Positions 52,401 through 62,909 of a DNA stretch of 64,000 nucleotides are shown piece after piece. Within the stretch, counting starts at the first letter, position 1, and each line of letters opens with the position of its first letter. Source of the DNA: Phoronis australis (taxonomy: Eukaryota; Animalia; Phoronida); NCBI GenBank assembly GCA_002633005.1, contig NMRA01000074.1, positions 268,187 through 332,186 on the forward strand. Direction: 5' to 3'. The translations under genes and the position numbers were made by a program. The notes beneath the pieces are model-generated. The model did no database searches. It was not told the DNA's origin and saw nothing but the letters and a program-made list of their open reading frames with translations.

Positions 52401-55400
52401 AGCAACCTTAACCTCAAAAAGTAGAGCAAACTGTTCCACAGCAACTTATTCTAGGCCAAATCATTGTGTGAACACAGCAATTTTAGGATGTCATGCATGA
52501 ACTGCGTCGGCATTCACACGAGTTGGGTGGAAGCTGATTACTACCCGAATATTCGTTGCGTTGATTACCCGCACTAAAAGACATGAACCTTTTCTGCTCA
52601 ATATCACGCATGCACAGCAGTCTACCTATCAATAACATGCTTTATTATTGGGTATGCAGCCTCACCAGGTGAGTACAGGTAAAGCACTGAGTATTCAGAT
52701 AGGAAGCCAATTGAACCACAGTGCTGGAGAAATACAAGCAATAGGTTACCATAGCTGCAGGTTGAAAGTGATCTAGCTTGAAGTCGGTGAATGGCGAGAC
52801 CAACACTAACTCGTTGTCAAAGATTCATCATCTTCCCTGAAGATGCTTCAAACATCGTGTTTGAGTTTCCTCCTAACAACGCTTATTTCAATATTTTTTT
52901 CCCGTTACTACTAACAGCCAAATACTGAGGTCATTACCTGTTTCAACTGGACAACCCTCAGTACAACGTCCTCCACATCATCCCGCAGTCGGTCACAGAG
53001 TGCACCCTTGGCGAAACTAGCATCATAGTCCTGAAAAGCAATTCCAACAATTAATTAGCCACCTTGTTTTTATTTCAAAGATCTTCCCTCAAACCAGGAT
53101 ACCTGAACTGCCTTCATTTACGTTTTCCCCAATAATGTGAAGTGAATGACAAGCACAGAAGCAAGGGATTCTTTCTACAACAGCTCAGTCCCAGCAAGGC
53201 AATTCATTTTCAAAACTTGAAACACAGGGCATTTCATCCAGCTTGGAACATTTAAGCCGATTTACTTTAAGGAGAAATTGTGCATGGCCATGATAAATTT
53301 GTTCCTCTCAAGTTTTAGATTTTTTTATCCAAGAACTACTTGAAAACCATTACATTTCAAATTTAATATCCAAAAGAAAAGATCTTGTCTGTGAGTGAAA
53401 ACATCATCCGCAACTGAAATTGTTGACTGCAGCCAAAATGTCATCTGCAACTCAAAAAATGTCTGCTAAAGAACAAGGACATGGTTATTTCTCCATAACG
53501 TTGAAGCAATGGAAAGAACAACTTTTGAAATGGGACGTAGAACCACTGTAAATGTTCAACAAAAATTCCAAAACATCCTGTGCTCTTAAAAGCTTTGCCA
53601 TACCTGTTTCTCCACAATCGTCTTAACCAGGTGTTCAACAGCAAGACACCTGACTGACACATTGGGGTGATTTAAGCCCAATATTAGACTGGTCTGAGAG
53701 TCGGGCAGGATTTCGTGCTTGGCCGCAGACAAGGTAAGGGAGATAAAGTCATTGAGGCATGACCGTTGAACCTCTGTCGACATATCTTGCGCCGTTTCGG
53801 ACATGATTTTGTCAAACACGGCAGGGTATCTGTAATGCACAAAATTAACCTAGGGTGTAGTCACGTAAAATGAATTTCTTTTGGAGAGCTTAACAAAATC
53901 TAAATTATTTCCACAGAAATGTGCGGTACAATTCCACAGACACACGGTATCACAATCTGCAATGATCAATCAATCACTCAATCAATCATCTATCTACAGC
54001 GTAACAGATCAAACAAATTAATAATTTGCAAATCTTTATACACAATACGTGTCAATAATAATGGAACAAAAGTGTGTTGTCCCATCGAAAAGTGTCATGA
54101 ATGACCTATAATGATTTGCTGCTCCAGTTACTCAGACAGCAAATTCCGTTTCCAACCAGCCATTCAGTGAGCAAGCAGATTAGCCCAAGTGGAATTCAAC
54201 AACGGAAAAGCTGGAATGATCAGTTACAACACCACCCAGGATGGGAAAACGTCATTCCATTCCAATTACATTCGTCGCATTCTTTCATTTGACTGGCTGT
54301 AACGTGGTACGATAAATTCCAATACACTGCAACGTTGACCAATGCTACTTAGACATCAGCTATTGCTACGCAGCATCTCACCAATTATATGCTATAGAAA
54401 CCATAAAACCCAACAACGAAGTGAGCAGACGATGTCAATACATCAAAGCAGATAGGAACAAGCTAATCACATAAGAGATAAAAAAACACAGTAACGAAGC
54501 GTCAGTGATTGTATAATGAGACAAATGCTGACAGATCAATCAACAATATCAGATCGACCCCAGGAAAACTATGTAGCCCTCCTTCGGTCCTAACGGCTTG
54601 ATATCACCCTCCAGATTAGTCCATGTTGTTGAAGGAGTGGCAGACGACTCTTTACATACCTGCGCTCCAACACACGGACCAGTTCTTTAAAATGCATGTT
54701 CAGCTCTGCCACTGCATCGCCATCAGATGCGTGTTCTCTGCCAGATAGGTATTCCTTTACCACTGACCTTCAAATATAGTCACGGTTGCATGTTAAAACG
54801 CAAGGTAACATCAGACATTTTAGTTCATACCTGATGTCAATCAAAAGCATTGACACTGCAAAGCTTGATTCAGTCAATTTACCCTTTTGTACCAGTCTCA
54901 AGCTATACCTTGCAGGGATGTGATTTTTTGATTACGACCATTTACTAGTCTAAATTTGCTTCTTACTAGTAAGGGTAAAAGGTAGTTTCTGTTCTGGACA
55001 AGTACTGTTTGTCATAGCTTGAGAACAAGGTCAATAGAGTGGTTTGACAGGTTAGTCAGTTAATGACTTGAAATAGGCTAGTTCAGTGACTGAACATTAG
55101 ATGGGATAACAGGTGTTACACCCACCCTTGAACTAAAAATTGTGTGACAAAATTAAGTTTCAATTGACATTTTTCGACAACATAACGACACGATGAAAAA
55201 TAACCCAGGGGAAATGGCAGCAGCGTTCTCCTTTCTTGCACTGATTTTCTTTAGTGGTGTATTTCCCAGCTTTTTATACATCTTTGCAACCATGATTGCC
55301 ATTGCTGTTCGGTGAGATAAACAATTCACACTAATATGTCCAACATTTCAAATGTTTGCGAAAGAATGAAACCATGTTTTGTCCCTGTCCACTCAGCCTA

Positions 55401-58400
55401 TCCTCCACACCGGAACTAGAAACTGGGTCAACGGAGAGGTNNNNNNNNNNNNNNNNNNNNNNNNNNNNNNNNNNNNNNNNNNNNNNNNNNNNNNNNNNNN
55501 NNNNNNNNNNNNNNNNNNNNNNNNNNNNNNNNNNNNNNNNNNNNNNNNNNNNNNNNNNNNNNNNCGCAGTCGGTCACAGAGTGCACCCTTGGCGAAACTA
55601 GCATCATAGTCCTGAAAAGCAATTCCAACAATTAATTAGCCACCTTGTTTTTATTTCAAAGATCTTCCCTCAAACCAGGATACCTGAACTGCCTTCATTT
55701 ACGTTTTCCCCAATAATGTGAAGTGAATGACAAGCACAGAAGCAAGGGATTCTTTCTACAACAGCTCAGTCCCAGCAAGGCAATTCATTTTCAAAACTTG
55801 AAACACATGGCATTTCATCCAGCTTGGAACATTTAAGCCGATTTACTTTAAGGAGAAATTGTGCATGGCCATGATAAATTTGTTCCTCTCCAGTTTTAGA
55901 TTTTTTATCCAAGAACTACTTGAAAACTATTACATTTCAAATTTAATATCCAAAAGAAAAGATCTTGTCTGTGAGTGAAAACATCATCCGCAACTGAAAT
56001 TGTTGACTGCAGCCAAAGTGTCATCTGCTACTCAAAAAATGTCTGCTAAAGAACAAGGACATGGTTATTTCTCCATAACGTTGAGGCAATGGAAAGAACA
56101 ACTTTTGAAATGGGACGTAGAACCACTGCAAATGTTCAACAAAAATTCCAAAACATCCTGTGCTCTTAAAAGCTTTGCCATACCTGTTTCTCCACAATCG
56201 TCTTAGCCAGGTGTTCAACAGCAAGACACCTGACTGACACATTGGGGTGACTTAAGCCCAATATTAGACTGGTCTGAGAGTCGGGCAGGATTTCGTGCTT
56301 GGCCGCAGACAAGGTAAGGGAGATAAAGTCATTGAGGCATGACCGTTGAACCTCTGTCGACATATCTTGTGCCGTTTCGGACATGATTTTGTCAAACACG
56401 GCAGGGTATCTGTAATGCACAAAATTAACCTAGGGTGTGGTCACGTAAAATGAATTTCTTTTGGAGAGCTTAACAAAATCTAAATTATTTCCACAGAAAT
56501 GTGCGGTACAATTCCACAGACACACTGTATCATAATCTGCAATGATCAATCAATCACTCAATCAATCATCCATCTACAGGGTAACAGATCAAACAAATTA
56601 ATAATTTGCAAATCTTTACACACAATACGTGTCAATGAATGACCTATAATGATTTGCTGCTCCAGTTACTCAGACAGCAAATTCCGTTTCCAATCAGCCA
56701 TTCAGTGTGCAAGCAGATTAGCCCAAGTGGAATTCAACAACGGAAAAGCTGGAATGATCAGTTACAACACCACCCAGGATGGGAAAACGTCATTCCATTC
56801 CAATTACATTCGTCGCATTCTTTCATTTCACTGGCTGTAACGTGGTACGATAAATTCCAATACACTACAACGTTGACCAATGCTGCTTAGACATCAGCTA
56901 TTGCTACGCGGTATCTCACCAATTATATGCTATAGAAACCATAAAACCCAACAACGAAGTGAGCAGACGATGTCAATACATCAAAGCGGATAGGAACAAG
57001 CTAATCACATAAGAGATCAAAAAAAAACACAGTAACGAAGCGTCAGTGATTGTATAATGAGACAAATGCTGACAGATCAATCAAAAATATCAGAGCGACC
57101 CCAGGAAAACTATGTAGCCCTCCTTCGGTCCTAACGGCTTGATATCACCCTCCAGATTAGTCCATGTTGTTGAAGGAGTGGCAGACGACTCTTTACATAC
57201 CTGCGCTCCAACACACGGACCAATTCTTTAAAATGCATGTTCAGCTCTGCCACTGCATCGCCATCAGACGCGTGTTCTCTGCCAGATAGGTATTCCTTTA
57301 CCACTGACCTTCAAATATAGTCATGATTGCATTTTAAAACGCAAGGTAACATCAGACATTTTAGTTTATACCTGACGTCAATCAAAAGCACTGACACTGC
57401 AAAGCTTGATTCAGTCAATTTACCCTTTCGTACCAATCTCAAGCTATACCTTGCAGGGATGTGATTTTTTAATCACGACCATTTACCAGTCTAAACTTGC
57501 TTCTTACTAGTAAGGGTAAAAGGTAGTTTCTGTTCTGGACAAGTACTGTTTGTCATAGCTTGAGAACAAGGTCAATAGAGTGGTTTGACAGGTTAGTCAC
57601 TTAATGACTTGAAATAGGCTAGTTCAGTGACTGAACATTAGATGGGATAACAGGTGTTACACCCACCCTTGAACTAAAAATTGTGTGACAAAATTAAGTT
57701 TCAATATCCATTTTCCGACAACATAACGACACGATGAAAAATAACCCAGGGGAAATGGCAGCAGTGTTCTCCTTTCTTGCACTCATTTTCTTTAGTGGTG
57801 TATTTCCCAGCTTTTTATACATCTTTGCAACCATGATTGCCATTGAGGTTCGGTGAGATAAACAATTCACACTAATATGTCCAACATTTCAAATGTTTGC
57901 GAAAGAATGAAACCATGTTTTGTCCCTGTCCACTCAGCCTATCCTCCACACCGGAACTAGAAACTGGGTCAACGGAGAGGTGCTTTTGTGCTCTCACAAC
58001 CATTAAGAGTTATACACAGAAGGTTTCCAATTAAGTTATATTAAAGTTAATACTTCAGAAAAATGCACAATTGCCTCACCTAACTACGTCCTCAGCCAGA
58101 GAAGGATCCAACACTACATCGTGTAGAAGACCCTCCAACACACTATGATACTGGGCAGGACCTCGCATCAGCCCCGCCTCCCCATCACTACTGGTCGTCA
58201 TGGCGCTGGTATCCCTGACAGCAGCCGGTACCAAGGGGATAACGAATGGCCGCAGTAAAGGTCTCAGACTGTAGGTAGATGATACCTTGACCATCACCTG
58301 GACTACGGCTGGCACTTTGCAAAGGTGCTTCAAAGACCTGATAAAACAAGAAAGAGAAAACAATCCAAAATTTCGTAAAATTTCATGACGCCACAATAAC

Positions 58401-61400
58401 TGTTTACTTCACTGTATGCATGCACTGATTTGAGTCCATGTGCTGGTATATGAAAGTAAGTTAACTGGCAGGTGAAGTTGAATAACCATCTACAAAACTT
58501 AGTGTAAAGGTTGACAGTTGGGACAAAATACATCAAGAAATTAGCGGAGGAAATACAAAGAACAGCCAAAAGACACACGCCTACACTTAAAAATGAAGCT
58601 CACTCAGGTGCATATCTGTGCGAAACACCTTAATCTTGAAAAATCATTCTTTGAAAATCGGCAGTTCAACTCACTAGGTGGCGTTAGTACTACCACGGTA
58701 CAACTTGTAGAAATGCAAGCAATCGGGTAAACATCTGGGATTGTTTGCACACAGACGTAAACACACTGACGTAACCACACTGACAACCTGCTTTCTACCT
58801 TTATTCATTAGCGCCACCTGGTGAACATAAGTCTCCCATTTCACTTGCCGGTGCAAACCCCGCACTTCTAACACTTTGATTTAAACACAGGATACATCCA
58901 CAATCATTCACTTTTGGCTACAAGAAATTATTACTCATTTTCACTTACAATACAAATCAAAAGTACTCAGACAAAATGACCCAGAATTCCGCAATCATGA
59001 CAGCTTGGTGGATGTCAAATTCATCTTGAGATCAGTTTTCCCTCACTAATTAAGAGGAATAACAGGAAAGTTCTTAATAGCTATTGCCAATCATTTTTGC
59101 TGATAACAGACTTTGCAATAGATGAACGGTAGTTTCTCTGCCTCTGCTGATTACTTTTGTCTTGTAACATAGATGATAATGAGGCCATCTCACGAGTCTG
59201 GCACACTTGCATTACCGTTTTGGCAGTTTGTCAATGGATTGTGTCTGATATACCAACAGCAAGCACATGATGGCCTCTTCTACCAGCTGCGGAGTTATGT
59301 ACTGCAAGGAACACCATGAAATAGTAAACAGCAGTAGACAATGGTGACACAGGCTTCTTAAAGGTATACTCTAAAGGTCAAACACTCCACAAATCACGAT
59401 TTGGGAATTAGTGACAAGTGAATCTTTGGCGACTAGCGTTACTTGATGGGCCTGCGAAGTGGTGTGGAGGCCTTTTCTCAGAAACCACATGAAAATGCAT
59501 AATTTATTTTTCTACTTGAATATTCCTTGAATATGCATTGTGTATGATATAGTACACTTTTTATACAAACTTAAGGATTAAATTCATCTTGTAACGCTTT
59601 TTACAATACCTTGGTCAACGAAGCCACGACCGTCTCAACAAACGATGACCTCAACTTGACCCTGTTCACCAGCTGACCGAGTATCATGTAGGTTGCAGCC
59701 TTGTAGTCAATGTTCTTGGACTTAACTCCCCTGATCAAGTACGGCAACAACTGAGACAGCACGCTCTCGTTCATCTCGTTGGCGTACTCCAATGAGCCAA
59801 CAATGGTCGATGCGTAGAACGACATGAGGACACGCAAAGGGGAGCCATAGTGGCTCGGCGTGGTCCCGTGGACCTGACAGGAAATATCACAAATAATTAT
59901 AACAAGAAAAGCTGGATTGGTTTTGCTAATAGTGCACGCCGTTTTGAAGCTTGCCCACAATTTTGAATGCAACAAGAACAAGACAGGTATGATATACGTA
60001 AGAAACACAATTTAGTAAAATTCCTCGTCACTAGGATGAAGAGCAGGTAGAACTCCCGGGTGAAAACTGGTCATTAATGGCCATACAGGGGAACAAAAAT
60101 TTATCAAATTACACGCATTCGGTATGCACTGCATCATCCACGTGGGCTTAGACTTGTATTGTAACCCCTATGCTTGATTGGGTATGACCAAGGGATGAGT
60201 ACATGTCGAACTGACAAGACAACTGTTGTTTCGTTGTGAGTTTGTCATATGAAATTATCAAAATAAAGCAAGGTATGTTCTATCTCAGAATCTTACCTTC
60301 AGATACAGTTTTTACTACTACTAGAATTGGAAGGGACAGACAGCAAATGCTATTGGCATTGCAACCGCATTCAATCTCCACCTTTTTAGTCTATACAGCC
60401 TGACCAACAGTTAATTAATTTGACAATCAATACAATGATGTCAGGAAACCGTTTGGAGACATATCTGTTGACCTTGACCTTCACCTTGTCTGTAGTATCG
60501 TTAGCACCAACTGCCAGGTTTGAGCCCGGCTTGAAACAAAAGCCTTTTCATACTCAACTACAGGTCAGGTGATGTGATTGACATCAGGCATCAAAGAAGA
60601 CTGATTTTTAATTAAACCACATCAATGTGCTTATATATAACAACACGATAACATACGTGCTTATGCACTCCCAAATTTCGAAAAGGTGCCTTCTATAACT
60701 TGGCATTTGATTATTATCAACTGGTGGTCCCGATCACTCAGTGGACTAGAGAATCTGCATGGTTACAAGTAAGTCGCAGGTTCGCGGCCCAGTCAGGACA
60801 GAAATCATTTCAGACAAACTGATAGGTCATGTGATGTGACAGGTCATTTGATGTGACCAACATACTGTTGTTTTTTATACGTTCCTACCTTCAGAAACTT
60901 GGGCACCATCTCACAAACGAAATGCCTGAAGGCCGGATCTTTAGCGCAGTGAGTAACTAGAGTGGATGTTGCCAAGGGGACGCCTGGTTTCTGTAACAAA
61001 ACACAGGAAATGAAAAACAAAATTAATGTTGTGATCACCAACAATTTCAAAGCCAACTATGTGAAATATTATAACGGCTAGTTGCTAGTCACGTCATCGC
61101 ATCAGGTTACCATGAAGAAGCCATTTGTTCGGAGTATTTGACAAGTGCAAAATTTTAGCGTGCTACTCTTATTGTTTGTATTGCAAGAAATCGTGTAAAC
61201 TGAAGAAGACTGTATCTTTCTGCCCCTCTCTCAAAGTTTTTAATAGGAATTACTACCGTGCGGAGAAATGATCTTATTATAAAAATTTGCAAAACAAACA
61301 ATTGACCTATCGCAAGCTCCGCCCCCTTGCGAAAAGTTGACAAACAATAAGTTTTACACAGCAACATGTTTTGTCGGGTAAAACGACGGCTTGGAAACAA

Positions 61401-62909
61401 AGGTGTCTAAAAAATGCTGCGTTCTGATAAGGTCAGTTAAGCCGTCACTCAAAATCCTGGTGATAGTTCAATTGAGGATATGATTGACACTTGCAATTGC
61501 AGCAACCTCTGGCGTCACTGTTGTATAGAATGACTGTTTTTTCTTTACATTTTTGTATGTGTACTTCCTCTAATTGATTGCATCTATACGCCACAGCTAT
61601 TGTATTTGTTATTTTGTTGTTCGCCTGGATATGGAAACATAAGTGTAAAAAAGTTGACAATAACACTTCTTGTTGAAAATTAACACAATTTCGATTCAAA
61701 CATTTTTGTCAGCCCACTTCAACAATAATTCAGCGATACTTTTTGTCTGCCTTCCTTCTGGGCTTTGCCAAAACTATGCTACAAACGCGAATGAATAACA
61801 CTCAACCTATGACAGTATGAAAAGCACCAAGTCGTCAGTTGCAACTCAGGTCACAAATCCAAAGTTCAGTTTGCACACGATAAAAGGCTGTTGAGCAAGC
61901 TCTTATCAGTGTTTGGAGCACCTGTATTTTCCTGCAGTATCTTGGGTAATGCCACTCGGCTTGTAGGAGTTGCGACTAACACCCTGCACAAATCTCAGTT
62001 CAAATTTCCAAGTTTCAGTTTACAAATGCATTTTTTTGTGAAAAATGTACTTTCCATCAAAAACAATAAACCAAGTTCAGATGAACACACCTCATGAAGT
62101 TGGTTGCTCCATAAGGTACTCATCACTCACACTAAAAAGAATGTTGTTACCTGGATAGGATGTATCCAGTGCCACCTGCTGGTCGGATCATCAAGCTTCA
62201 ACAGCTGCACGGCGCGAACAAATATCTTACTATCGTGGTAGGGCAGTATGCACGTGATCAGCTCATCAACGTTGAATTGGTGAATGCGGTACCTAAAGGT
62301 TTACACAGAAATGATTAAGGTTTTTAATTAACATTAAAGATGAATTTGCATGCTCCTAACTATGCTAATGTATAGCCAGAACTAAATGACAATGCTTTTT
62401 TCAAATAGCACGAGAGGAAACGGAGACATGTCACATGACAGTGGATGTTGTCTTTATATAAGATAATCATGATTTTAACCGTTACATACTAAGAATGGTC
62501 AACAAGAAAACAATCAGAGTCGAAAACCTGCACGTTTAAAGTACTGTCAGTCTACAGCATCAAGTACAGCTTAGGGCCATGTGACTCTGCAAACAGACAT
62601 TCTTGGAAAAAAATTCAACATTTCCGAAAAAGCCACGTCCAACAAGAGACACCGGTGTGAGATTTCAATGCAATAGACAATACGCATCAAACCTGTAAAT
62701 GAGCCACTCCAGGGCTTTGTGCGCTGGCTTCAACAGAAAGTAGGGCGACAGTCGGACCAGGAACTCGCCGATGGTCTCATCCAGCTGAACATTAACTTCT
62801 TGTGACTGAATGCTGCGCTCAAAGTCTTGTGCCGTCTCATTAAACAAAGACATTTCATAGCCGTGGAAGGCTTCATCAATGTTCTGTAGCTCTTCCAAAC
62901 CATTAGAAC
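22362..62909 (-). CDS. HEATR1: HEAT repeat-containing protein 1 (HEATR1/UTP10/BAP28), multi-exon gene span, 5'-partial
   Basis: 39 GT-AG exons join in frame (6356 nt). N-terminal LSPYFLLKPAHKALEWLIYRYRIHQFN; BP28CT-type LVLRLSEASFRPMFLKLYDWA; C-terminus LLPETIPFLAELMEDESVEVEQRCQQVIGELEKVLGEPLQKYF*. Confidence 0.97.
23116..23224 (-). CDS. HEATR1: HEATR1 exon (VRFVSL...IPFLAELME)
   Basis: AG/GT bounded, phase 0-1. Confidence 0.92.
23722..23880 (-). CDS. HEATR1: HEATR1 exon (IENRHGG...WRPLNYQVCLKTRHASAK)
   Basis: AG/GTAAG bounded, phase 0-0, conserved motif. Confidence 0.92.
24343..24536 (-). CDS. HEATR1: HEATR1 exon (RDNDESG...RFDTLMQPLVDQ)
   Basis: Phase 1-0, AG/GT. Confidence 0.88.
25196..25475 (-). 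CDS. HEATR1: HEATR1 exon (BP28CT region, SEASFRPMFLKLYDWA)
   Basis: Phase 0-1, AG/GTGAG. Confidence 0.92.
26431..26565 (-). CDS. HEATR1: HEATR1 exon (DCIPSLL...FFLTVFDFRQSHSQ)
   Basis: Phase 0-0. Confidence 0.88.
27551..27635 (-). CDS. HEATR1: HEATR1 exon (SHLSEFIPARVLLPAI)
   Basis: Phase 2-0. Confidence 0.88.
28060..28139 (-). CDS. HEATR1: HEATR1 exon (SAYLSSLVE...LRLKTV)
   Basis: Phase 0-2. Confidence 0.82.
28684..28783 (-). CDS. HEATR1: HEATR1 exon (LQKVLESLPHFLSPY)
   Basis: Phase 2-0, conserved motif. Confidence 0.9.
29599..29771 (-). CDS. HEATR1: HEATR1 exon (SALLCLAEL...AIPYLSRFMP)
   Basis: Phase 0-2. Confidence 0.9.
30359..30523 (-). CDS. HEATR1: HEATR1 exon (NRQTALYSLKLLCK)
   Basis: Phase 0-0. 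Confidence 0.9.
30884..30972. repeat. Degenerate ~21-bp intronic minisatellite (CCACACCCACTCGATGGTGG-like)
   Basis: Direct inspection, ~4 units. Confidence 0.7.
31012..31155 (-). CDS. HEATR1: HEATR1 exon (INSLLP...VRRKAMELLNNKL)
   Basis: Phase 0-0. Confidence 0.9.
31577..31753 (-). CDS. HEATR1: HEATR1 exon (KFWRALLHKAYDVLDK)
   Basis: Phase 0-0. Confidence 0.9.
32473..32622. repeat. 18-bp minisatellite (CTAAAATATGAACAAAAT) x ~8, inside a decayed interspersed repeat (~31970-32960)
   Basis: Direct inspection; the same word recurs at 32752 and 32829. Confidence 0.9.
34320..34477 (-). CDS. HEATR1: HEATR1 exon (HTAKQLRHFKF)
   Basis: Phase 1-0. Confidence 0.88.
35972..36086 (-). CDS. HEATR1: HEATR1 exon (HPHLEFCLSLC...YLASLPQDIS)
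   Basis: Phase 0-1. Confidence 0.85.
36568..37315. repeat. 300-bp direct duplication (36568-36867 / 37016-37315) across a single-N junction, separated by a MITE right end
   Basis: Near-identical copies; N at 36868; 36869-37015 matches the 3' end of the MITE at 45294-45864. Confidence 0.85.
37842..38081 (-). CDS. HEATR1: HEATR1 exon (VFVDAHPHIPHHRRLPLF)
   Basis: Phase 0-0, conserved motif. Confidence 0.92.
38314..38387 (-). ncRNA. Intronic box C/D snoRNA (copy 1), guide complementary to 18S rRNA
   Basis: Minus strand GGCCT-g-ATGATGA...ATGA...ATGATT...ACTCTAATTTTTT-a-CTGA-AGGCC. Terminal stem, boxes C/D'/C'/D, host-sense, 13-nt antisense to 18S AAAAAAUUAGAGU. Confidence 0.85.
38911..39161 (-). 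CDS. HEATR1: HEATR1 exon (VLHNVMSIFTFMGANVMRQDDAYSF)
   Basis: Phase 1-0, hallmark UTP10 motif. Confidence 0.94.
40048..40160 (-). CDS. HEATR1: HEATR1 exon (VEYTKQLCLSCI)
   Basis: Phase 2-1. Confidence 0.88.
40575..40721 (-). CDS. HEATR1: HEATR1 exon (WRRLVLILEVLQTKKKL)
   Basis: Phase 2-2. Confidence 0.88.
41624..41718 (-). CDS. HEATR1: HEATR1 exon (LSLDAGQVLVE...KRIR)
   Basis: Phase 0-2. Confidence 0.83.
42639..42770 (-). CDS. HEATR1: HEATR1 exon (ITREFFQAL...RRALKG)
   Basis: Phase 0-0. Confidence 0.85.
44201..44274 (-). ncRNA. Intronic box C/D snoRNA (copy 2, paralog)
   Basis: GGCCTGATGATGT...CTGAATGA...ATGATT-GTGCAAAACTCTAATTTTTT-a-CTGA-AGGCC. Guide, box D and terminal stem are identical to copy 1, while the flanks are unrelated. 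Confidence 0.85.
44404..44651. mobile_element. Degenerate MITE
   Basis: GGCTCCGTTCCAAGAAATTGACTT ... AAGTCAGTTTTCATGGAACCAGCC imperfect TIR. Confidence 0.45.
45294..45864. mobile_element. PIF/Harbinger-like MITE
   Basis: TTA|GGGCTGTTCCAGCAAAATCTGTGTGGGAGG...CCTCCCATACAGATTTTACTGGAACAGCCC|TTA: ~40-bp TIR, TTA TSD. Confidence 0.85.
46116..46355 (-). CDS. HEATR1: HEATR1 exon (PVLETLMPLL...LTTLSQ)
   Basis: Phase 0-0. Confidence 0.85.
46625..46797. repeat. 42-bp tandem repeat x ~4 spanning a HEATR1 exon/intron boundary
   Basis: Donor-containing unit recurs at 46654, 46696, 46738 and 46780. Confidence 0.9.
46780..47192 (-). CDS. HEATR1: HEATR1 exon (DRNSF...CREELMADP...LGLVNSV)
   Basis: TAG acceptor at 47193-47195 gives the required phase 1; proximal donor at 46779/46780 (alternatives listed in findings). 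Confidence 0.8.
47358..47421 (-). ncRNA. Candidate intronic box C/D snoRNA (orphan)
   Basis: Minus strand GATC-a-GTGATGA...TTGA...CTGA-GATC: perfect box C and box D closed by a 4-bp terminal stem, host-sense. No target recognised. Confidence 0.45.
48162..48342 (-). CDS. HEATR1: HEATR1 exon (DKFSSAICCLKFLSSLW)
   Basis: Phase 0-1. Confidence 0.82.
48568..48707 (-). CDS. HEATR1: HEATR1 exon (SDWWD...LLENFLK)
   Basis: Phase 1-0. Confidence 0.82.
49226..49394 (-). CDS. HEATR1: HEATR1 exon (VCSSDT...DASLS)
   Basis: Phase 0-1. Confidence 0.78.
49467..49778 (-). mobile_element. tRNA-derived Pol III (SINE-like) element with short terminal direct repeats
   Basis: A box TGGCTCAGTGG (49633-49643) and B box GGTTCGAGTCC (49588-49598) on the minus strand. 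Direct repeats 49467-49516 / 49719-49778; flanking AGTTATAGTA duplication. Confidence 0.65.
50256..50417 (-). CDS. HEATR1: HEATR1 exon (VDLLVSH...LIKENK)
   Basis: Phase 0-0. Confidence 0.78.
51134..51258 (-). CDS. HEATR1: HEATR1 exon (WKSKHAP...ERIKF)
   Basis: Phase 1-0. Confidence 0.75.
51444..51643 (-). CDS. HEATR1: HEATR1 exon (NKCKVLAIE...SPLLKDVIK)
   Basis: Phase 2-1. Confidence 0.8.
51862..51950 (-). CDS. HEATR1: HEATR1 exon (TLLDIISPSE...)
   Basis: Phase 0-2. Confidence 0.78.
52938..53030 (-). CDS. HEATR1: HEATR1 exon (DYDASF...DRLRDDVEDVV)
   Basis: Phase 0-0, conserved RL.DD motif. Confidence 0.88.
53604..53829 (-). CDS. HEATR1: HEATR1 exon (YPAVFD...LGLNHPNVSVR)
   Basis: Phase 2-0; duplicated at 56184-56409. 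Confidence 0.88.
54660..54767 (-). CDS. HEATR1: HEATR1 exon (SVVKEYL...LVRVLER)
   Basis: Phase 2-2; duplicated at 57201-57308. Confidence 0.82.
56184..56409 (-). CDS. HEATR1: HEATR1 exon, duplicate (likely allelic) copy of 53604-53829
   Basis: Same splice sites; N>S and V>A substitutions. Confidence 0.7.
57201..57308 (-). CDS. HEATR1: HEATR1 exon, duplicate (likely allelic) copy of 54660-54767
   Basis: Same splice sites; synonymous differences. Confidence 0.7.
58080..58337 (-). CDS. HEATR1: HEATR1 exon (SLKHLCKV...LAEDVV)
   Basis: Phase 2-2. Confidence 0.85.
59216..59301 (-). CDS. HEATR1: HEATR1 exon (YITPQLVEEAIMCLLLVYQTQ)
   Basis: Phase 0-2. Confidence 0.85.
59610..59873 (-). CDS. HEATR1: HEATR1 exon (LMSFYASTIV...DYKAATYMILGQL)
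   Basis: Phase 0-0, U3snoRNP10-type region. Confidence 0.92.
60721..60839 (+). mobile_element. Decayed second copy of the tRNA-like element
   Basis: GTGGTCCCGAT..CTCAGTGG.CTAGAG..TCTGCA.GGTT...GGTTCG..CCCAGTC..CAGAAATC.TTTCAGAC..TAGGTCA..TGATGTGA matches the reverse complement of 49535-49656. Confidence 0.6.
60889..60990 (-). CDS. HEATR1: HEATR1 exon (KPGVPLATSTLVTHCAKD)
   Basis: Phase 0-0. Confidence 0.9.
62151..62292 (-). CDS. HEATR1: HEATR1 exon (YRIHQFNVDELITCILPYHDSKIFVR)
   Basis: Phase 2-0, conserved motif. Confidence 0.93.
62693..62909 (-). CDS. HEATR1: HEATR1 exon (SNGLEELQNID...KALEWLIY); most 5' exon in the window
   Basis: Phase 1-2, conserved N-terminal motif. Confidence 0.93.

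Larger units (their letters stand above)
52984..57981. repeat. ~2.45-kb tandem duplication (52984-55440 / 55565-57981) around an N gap; probable uncollapsed haplotypes
   Basis: Colinear near-identical copies with scattered SNPs and a ~40-bp indel (near 54056). Confidence 0.9.

Noticed and set aside
58964-59030. AAGATGA...ATGATT...CTGA possible C/D snoRNA
   Set aside because: Imperfect box C and no target complementarity recognised.
62073-62130. GTGATGA...CTGA pair on the host strand resembling a C/D snoRNA
   Set aside because: Only ~50 nt box-to-box, ~25 nt from the splice donor, poor terminal stem, no recognisable guide.
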